A stretch of 64,000 nucleotides of DNA from Octopus vulgaris (lineage: Eukaryota): NCBI GenBank assembly GCA_951406725.2, contig OX597825.1:28024001-28088000 (forward strand), read 5' to 3'. The translations under genes and the position numbers were made by a program. How positions within the stretch are numbered: position 1 is the first letter of the stretch; every line of letters starts with the position of its first letter. The notes beneath the pieces are model-generated. The model was not told the DNA's origin. It saw nothing but the letters and a program-made list of their open reading frames with translations, and made no database searches. Positions 42,466-64,000 of the stretch are shown in pieces.

Positions 42466-42509
42466 ACACAACGTTTCGGCTGACATACCCTCCAGCCTTC
42501 ATCAGGAGT
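42466..42509 (-). ncRNA. Minimal type-I hammerhead-ribozyme-like motif
   Basis: Minus strand ACTC-CTGATGA-A-GGCTG-gagggtatgt-CAGCC-GAAA-CG-TT-GTGT: intact core, 5-bp stem II, palindrome AACGTT, stem I with one mismatch. Confidence 0.65.
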
Positions 42510-42573
42510 CTTGGGGAAATTTCAAACGTGGGTTCTCATTCCTAAGGTATTTTCCATGTTACTATTATTATTA

Positions 42574-42638
<65 letters not shown>

Positions 42639-42639
42639 G

Positions 42640-43204
42640 TCATTTACTTTTAATCTGCATCTTTGATGCAATCACTTGCCGGGGCACACATCCAGCGCCC
42701 TAGGGCAAGTGAAGGTTAAGAGTTGTTGAAATATAGCTGAAAGCTTGGGGGGGGGGAAGTAGAGAAATATCTCCATGTAATACAACACAAACATTTATAT
42801 AGATAGGGTTTTTCTAAGGATGTGGCAGTACTTGTTAGCACAATCTTTTGGATTTCCTTGAGACATGGTTCTCCAGGGATATTGTCTAGGTCTTTCTGAT
42901 ATCCCTTTTTTATCATACCTAGGGCACCTACAATAACAGGAACAGTTTTTGTTTTAAGATTCCACATCTTTTGTATTTCGATTTCCAGGTCCTTATATTT
43001 AGAGATATATTTTTATCAGTGGGGACGCTTACCTCTATTAGTCTGCAGGTATTTTCTTCCCTGTCTTTAACAATTATGTCGATTACCCTTGATCGTTCTG
43101 TCAGTGTTGACTGGAAAATCCCAAAGGATGGTGACATTTTTACCTTCAGCAACTGGCTGAGGATGATGTTCATACCAGTTAGCAGGAGTGCCGAATTTGT
43201 AGTG

Positions 43205-43206
<2 letters not shown>
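42640..43206 (-). mobile_element. 5'-truncated R4-clade (Dong-like) non-LTR retrotransposon: RLE domain plus 3' UTR, inserted in (TAA)n
   Basis: WYEHHPQPVAEGKNVTILWDFPVNTDRTIKGNR / DIIVKDREENTCRLIEVSVPTDKNIS / MWNLKTKTVPVIVGALGMIKKG..LKEIQKIVLTSTA (frameshifted); (TAA)n on both flanks. Confidence 0.8.
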
Positions 43207-43285
<79 letters not shown>

Positions 43286-43299
43286 CATCATCATCATCA

Positions 43300-43369
<70 letters not shown>

Positions 43370-43431
43370 TATTAGTATTAGTATTATTATTATTATCATT
43401 TTTATTATCATCATTATTATTATTATTATTA

Positions 43432-57556
<14,125 letters not shown>

Positions 57557-57610
<54 letters not shown>

Positions 57611-57627
57611 CATTATTATTATTATTA

Positions 57628-57692
<65 letters not shown>

Positions 57693-57724
57693 TATTATTA
57701 TTATTATCATTATTATTATTATTA

Positions 57725-57821
<97 letters not shown>

Positions 57822-57825
57822 TATT

Positions 57826-57860
<35 letters not shown>

Positions 57861-57862
57861 CA

Positions 57863-57893
<31 letters not shown>

Positions 57894-57895
57894 AA
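57557..57895. repeat. Terminal (ATT)n/(ATC) microsatellite of the array
   Basis: Direct reading. Confidence 0.95.
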
Positions 57896-58782
57896 TTTAG
57901 TGATCTGAATAATAATAATGTGCATAATTCCTCATCTCTTAGATATAGTACTGTAACCATGATAGAGTTGAGAAACAGGATACAGAGATTAGACTCTACC
58001 ACTGTCACTGCTAAACGAGGCATTAGGAAAGTACAAGAAACGATCACTAAATAATTTCTTGTGTATCGGTGGAGAGGATAAACACTTTACATAGGCAGTG
58101 TATTACTTGTATTTCAGAAAAATAAATACGTTGATTTTATTGACTCACATGATAACCACGATGGTTTTCATTAGAAAAAAATATGAATTTGGAGAATAAT
58201 CAGTACGTATGTTGACTACTAATATTACAGCAACAAACCAAAGAAGCAACACAGTTGAAAGGGGAAAATAGAATATCAAATAATGTTAAATTATTACAGG
58301 ATTTCTATGAATTTCTTCCGGATATCACGTATGATTTTTTGCATTTTGCTGTTTTATCCTGTAGTTTATGCTTTTATATACAGGAAACGGTCTTCCTCTA
58401 AGACGTGTATTGAATGAAAGATTCAATCACATATTTACAGTATGGAGTTTCGGTATTTTCGTATGAGTTCCTTACAGTTTGTTTGGTACAGTGAAGTACC
58501 TAAATGTTTCAGCAGCTTTCGTATAAGTACCTAATAGCCACATCACCACTATGAAGTAATGTTGCTGTGTGTTGCTTCGTATTTATTGTCGGCAAGACAA
58601 ATATGATTTATGTAAGTATTATCATCAAAATTTGATTTTTGATACCTAGATTTATTACGTCAACAGTGGGGTATTTATTTCTGTTATAACTGATGTGTAT
58701 TGCCTATATGTTTATTTTAGAGTTTTGCTGTGGTGTGGATATTGCTCTCATTAGTTACCACCCAATTTGAGATGAATTCTTA

Positions 58783-59118
58783 AAGGCGTAGGAGTGGCTG
58801 TGTGGTAAGTAGCTTGCTTACGAACCACATCGTTCCGGGTTCAGGTCCCACTGCGTGGAATCTTGGGTAAGTGTCTTCTACTACAGCCTCGGGTCCACCA
58901 AAGTCTTTTGAGTGGATTTGGTAGACGGAAACTAAAAGAAGCCCGTCATATATATGTATGTATAAAAGGATGTGTGTATGTATGTTTGTGTGTCTGTGAT
59001 TGTTCCCCAACATCTCTTCACAACTGGTGTGGTGTGCTTACGTTCCCGTAACTTAGCGGTTCGGCAAAAGAGACCGATAGAATAAGTACTTGGCTTACAA
59101 AGAATAAGTCCTGGGGTC
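58783..59118 (+). mobile_element. SINE family 1 copy, 3' end cut off by the adjacent SINE
   Basis: Homologous to 10393 and 3892; ends at AATAAGTCCTGGGGTC. Confidence 0.85.
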
Positions 59119-59129
59119 ACAATGCACTT

Positions 59130-59351
59130 CGCATTGCTTTAGACTTCAACTGACGCCACCCTGCTGGCTAAGCGAGCAGGCCAACAGAAGAAAGAGTCAG
59201 TAGCGAAGGAGTACAGCAGGGATCAACCCCCCTCCTGTGCCGGAGCCTCGTGGGGCTGTAGGTGTTTTCGCTCAATAAACACTCACAACACCCGGTCTGG
59301 GAATCGAAACCGCGAGTCCGCTGCCCTAACCACTGGGCCATTGCGCCTCCA
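59130..59351 (-). mobile_element. SINE family 2 copy
   Basis: Reverse complement of the 10010 head GGAGGCGCAATGGCCCAGTGGTTAGGGCAGCGG. Confidence 0.8.
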
Positions 59352-59426
59352 TATATATATATATACATATATACCTAAAGACACACACACGCATATATCT
59401 ATATATACGTATACACACACACACAC

Positions 59427-59477
<51 letters not shown>

Positions 59478-60130
59478 CGTTGGTATGTATGTAATCTACA
59501 TATACAAATACATATGAATGCATACACACGAGCACATACATATGACGTATATGTTTACTTATGAGATAGATAGATGCACACAAACATTCACATACGTATA
59601 CACATTACTGAGAATCTCCCCATAATACGTATGAATATATACACACACAAACACCTAAGTCTCTCACCCACTCTCTCTTCCTCTCTTTCACTCTCTTTTT
59701 CTCTATATGCATTGATATGTACATAGACAAAGAATTATATATATCCATCGTTCCAGTATAGCCAGCCATATAGCACACGCATTCAAGTGTACGAACACAC
59801 ATACACACAATCAGTATTACCATACAAATGAATAGTTCTATGCGCATACATACACACACTTAACAAATACATATAAGATGTAATGTAGTTGACACTTGAG
59901 TTAAATGGTAATTACAAGAAAAAAAAAAAGGGAGAAAGCGAAAAAGAAAAAGAAGAGAATAGAGAAAAAGTAGAAGTAGAAAAAGAGTGACTATAAGAAT
60001 TGTAATCAGGTGCTGAGTAGAAGCTGGAACCGGAGTGATAGTGTGAGGAGGCACAGTGTAGGTGGGAGTTGAGCTTATTTCGGTAAATGTAGTTATATGG
60101 ATAAAAAGAGATAATGTGGTAGTGGTGGTG

Positions 60131-60162
<32 letters not shown>

Positions 60163-60510
60163 TGTAGTAGTAAGAGGAGGTGGAGGGATTAAACCGGTTT
60201 TGCATCCACATGGATTCCAGTCCAGTTAGGGACACGTTGCGCAAATGTTTTTCTACTATAGCCACGGGCCGACTGATCTGTTGGGGTTCTGTGCTGAATT
60301 CCTTCATGTATATTTGTGTGTGTGTGTGTGCGTGCTTATGCATGTATGTGTGTGTGTGTGTGCATGTGTATGTCCTTGTGCTTGCATTTGTTCCCCAACA
60401 CCACTTGATAGCGAGTATTGGTTTGTTTATGTCCCAGTAGCTTAGCGTTTCGGCAGAGACAACAATGGAATTAATCACCAGACATAAACAACTAATACTT
60501 AGATGGATAA

Positions 60511-60735
60511 GGGCGGCGAGCTGGCAGAATCGTTAGCACGCCGGGCGAAATGCGTAGCCGTATTTCGTCTGCCGTTACGTTCTGAGTTCCAATTCCGCCG
60601 AGGTCGACTTTGGCTTTCATCCTTTCGGAATCGATAAATAAAGTACAAGTTACGCACTGAGGTCGATTTAATCGACTTAATCCCTTTTGTTTGTCCTCTC
60701 TATGTTTTGCCCCCTGTTTGGATTAAAGAAATAAA
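60511..60735 (+). mobile_element. SINE family 3 copy, apparently nested in an older family-1-like SINE (60190-60500 and 60740-60800)
   Basis: GGCGGCGAGCTGGCAGAATCGTTAGCACGCCGGGCGAAATG..; the family-1 3' motif AAGGCGGTGCCCC resumes after it. Confidence 0.8.
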
Positions 60736-60942
60736 TATTGAGATCGATATATTCCACTAAACCCTTCAAGGCGGTGCCCCAACATATGGGCTCAGTCACG
60801 TCCGTACAAAACAAAACAAAAAACAAAGGTGCTTGCATCCACGTGGTTTCCGGTTTAGTTCCCTTTAAATATATATATATATGTATATTTATGGAAGGGA
60901 GACTAAATTTAACAGCTCGTGTACTGGAGTCGCCACTGGTGC

Positions 60943-60981
<39 letters not shown>

Positions 60982-61048
60982 ACCGCGTGTGTACCGTTGG
61001 CGATTTTTTTCCTCCGTCTTCCCTTCTCTGGATCTTTCCTTTTCCTAT

Positions 61049-61083
61049 GTTTCTGACGAAGAGCTCCGCTCGAAATGTTAAAC
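61049..61083 (+). ncRNA. Minimal type-I hammerhead-like motif in a short repeat (60980-61185) embedded in (TA)n
   Basis: GTTT-CTGACGA-A-GAGC-tcc-GCTC-GAAA-TG-TT-AAAC; stems I and II pair perfectly. Confidence 0.6.
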
Positions 61084-61180
61084 CCTGCTTCTTCCCTTCC
61101 TTCCTGAGCGTCCAATAATACTACATTTGTTCCACGTCCTCGCGTTGTTGCGTTTTCTCTTTGTGTTTTCATGTTTGGAT

Positions 61181-61253
<73 letters not shown>

Positions 61254-61616
61254 TATGATTTAATAAAGTTGTCGCTGTTTAGTTACGTATTTAGAAGTGG
61301 TTGTAATTTACTTGTTGAATTTATTTATCGATACGCTTGCACATAGGGTAAATGTGTTTGAAAATTGTGGTTTCTTTGGGTTGTTTGTTACCAAGCAACA
61401 CTTATTTTAGTGCTGTCGATACCGCCGGATTGAATGGTACTGCCCAGGTTATGAAACCATAATGATATCCGTGGGGCAGCTGATGATGGAGATATGTTGG
61501 TTTGTTGGCATGTCTGTTTCTGTATATGTGGAATATTATTATAACACATCCTTTTGATGTGTGTGTGTGTATTTATGTGTATGTGTGTATAGGTGTATTT
61601 GTGTGCGTATGTATAT

Positions 61617-61651
<35 letters not shown>

Positions 61652-61804
61652 CATATACAATTATTACACACCTTAATGTACCAATGTGTTTAAAAAAACT
61701 TTGTACTTAGTATTAATCTTTTTTAATCTTCTTAATAGTTTTTTAATAGTTGGTTTTATACGCTGGCTACTTTATGAAAATCTAATATAGATTTTATCCT
61801 TATA

Positions 61805-61835
<31 letters not shown>

Positions 61836-61854
61836 CAGCATGACACATAGTGCG

Positions 61855-62003
61855 ACAGCTACTACTCATTTTTGCCATTTGAGTGGACTGGAGCAACGTG
61901 AATTAAAGTGTCTTGCTCAAGGACACAACGCGTCGCCGAGAATTGAACTCACGACCCTACGATCGTGAACCGAATGCCCTAACCACTGAGCCACGCACCT
62001 TCA
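61855..62003 (-). mobile_element. tRNA-headed SINE (head related to the 1781 copy)
   Basis: Minus strand TGAAGGTGCGTGGCTCAGTGGTTAGGGCATTCGG..GAGTTCAATTCTC..TGTGTCCTTGAGCAAGACAC. Confidence 0.75.
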
Positions 62004-62459
62004 TACTATACATATACATACTAAACACGTATGTCTGTGTAGGTGTGACTGTTTAGTTTTTTTTTTGTTTTATTTTTTATAATCGTGTAAATATCAATTC
62101 GTATTTTGAAGACATTCTTTTTCAGAAAAAAAACCCCACTGAACTGATAGATATTGTTTTGGACGTAACAACACATGCGACATATATACAGACACTTGTA
62201 GAATTAGGCTACTCACAGATGCAGGTGTGAAACGTGATACACATGTAGGCGTGAATTTCGTATAATATTATGTTCTTATGTATAACATTATATGCATACA
62301 TGCATTCCCACCCACATATCAGATTCAGGTGAAACATAAATGAAATGATAATCAGGACAAATATGTATGCATAAATTTTGGATATCAGTATACGATACGT
62401 TTGTAAATTTTATGTGTATGATATAAATCTCTATATGAAATTTCTTTTATTTATATATG

Positions 62460-62818
62460 ATTTTGATTGATTTTGATTTTGATTTTTGATTTTTCAAGTT
62501 TCAGCTAATGAGCTGTGGCCATGCTGGGGCACCGCCATTTGGTTTGCTACACGATTTTACCTCACGGATGCTTTTTAGCAAACGCCATCTGATGCATGAG
62601 AGAGTTCGATGCAGCTGCCCTCATCTGCACCTCCTGCCGTGAAGTTGGTTCATCCGGGACACCTGACAGGAAGAGGTCCAGTCCTACTTTAAAGACATCC
62701 GCATCTACACCATGCAGGTCCCTCAGGTTCTTTGGGAGGATATTGAAGAGCTGTGGGCCTCTGAAGCCCAGGCCATCACAATATCTTGTCCTACATCTTG
62801 ATGGCAAATTTGGAGTCC
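62460..62818 (-). mobile_element. 5'-truncated CR1/L2-like LINE 3' end with (AAATC)n tail
   Basis: RTRYCDGLGFRGPQLFNILPKNLRDL..VFKVGLDLFLSGVPDEP matches the R...WN.LP....FK..LD..L C-terminal motif; it is followed by a 3' UTR and an AAAATC-type tail. Confidence 0.75.
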
Positions 62819-64000
62819 TAAGTAATTTTTCTTTATACAGTATTATTATTCTGTATGAATTTTATTATGTATGTACTTATATGCAATCAGCTATCTGTCA
62901 AGTGTGCATGTTTTCCGTTTCATTTCGTTTCCTTCTTTCTTTCTTTCTTTCCTTCTTCTATGTAACATACTTCAGGTGTGTATACGACTGTTATTTTTCC
63001 TACACATGTACTTTTATTTTACTTATGTGAATCGGTAAAGAATTTGGCGAGTATCTACTTATTTTCTCCATTCTGAATATATACGTATATCAGGTTTTAG
63101 TGCATTTGTATAGATAGTTCGCATAAATGCGTATAATCTATATAAATGAAATCCAGGTAAGATTAAGATGCTCCAAATTAAGGGATTGTTTTTAGAAGAA
63201 TGTAAATTACAAAACGCGAGCTCTCTTAAGAAGTTTCTTGTAGGTTTGTATAATTGGAGATAATTCTTTCTATTATAGGCACACGGCTTGAAATTTGAGG
63301 GAGGGGTATAGCCGATTACATCGACCCCAGTATTCGACTGGTACTTAGTTTATCGAACCCGAAATGATGAAAGGTAAAGTCGACCTCGGCGGAACATAGC
63401 GACGGTGAAATGACGCGAAAGCATGCAGGTACACGTAGTCGGTAACTTGAATGTTTGTGGGTTGTTCATCCTATGATCGTGATCGAAATACCCGAATCCT
63501 AGTGTTGGATTAAACAAATTCTGTCTTGCGTTAGTGTATTAAATCTTGTAGGAGAACATCTGTGACCAATGACATGTGAATTTATGGTTAAGTATTCCTA
63601 TTTTTCTTTAGTTCCTCGTTGTAACAAAAGAGTGTCATTATGCCTCTTCTGTGTAGATATCTGAACGAATAAGAAAGCAGTGTGTATCGGCTTCTTGAGG
63701 TATTTTTGAGGGATTTCAGATTTTTATAACGTCTTGAATCAATACTTTTACAGCTAAGAAGTTAGGATTTCAGTAATATTTTCTGACAGCATTTGCCGTC
63801 TTGTAGACGTCGTATTTGTTTCACAATTTCTCTATGGAAATCAATTTTATTAAAAAGTGTATGTTAAATTTCTCTAATTACTACTAGCTTATGTAATGTC
63901 TACGTTGACTTGATAATTGTAGTTCGTTTTAACACAATTTTCTAAATGTTGCCCTTCAGTTTGAACTAAATAGTGCATTCTGCACAGAAAGCAAAATTTC

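Overview
AT-rich eukaryotic intergenic or intronic DNA saturated with microsatellites, tRNA-headed SINEs and decayed LINE and mariner fragments. The repeat landscape resembles an octopus or other cephalopod genome (inference). I see no intact host gene, and nearly all supplied ORFs are microsatellite artefacts. The main structure is a ~16 kb (TAA)n-rich field at 41.9-57.9 kb holding three kinds of insert. These are two short Penelope-tail-like segments (one with a hammerhead-ribozyme motif), a 5'-truncated R4/Dong-like restriction-like-endonuclease retrotransposon fragment, and a 17-copy head-to-tail array of a 533/557-bp non-coding element. In the array, A and B variants alternate with their own microsatellite spacers, giving a ~1.7 kb dimer and a local ~3.4 kb period. 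Elsewhere there are several dispersed minimal type-I hammerhead-like motifs, a ~790-bp foldback element with ~290-bp inverted arms, an RTE LINE with an inverted 5' part, and a CR1/L2-like LINE 3' end shared with the commonest SINE. All calls were made by eye, and coordinates are approximate to within a few bases.
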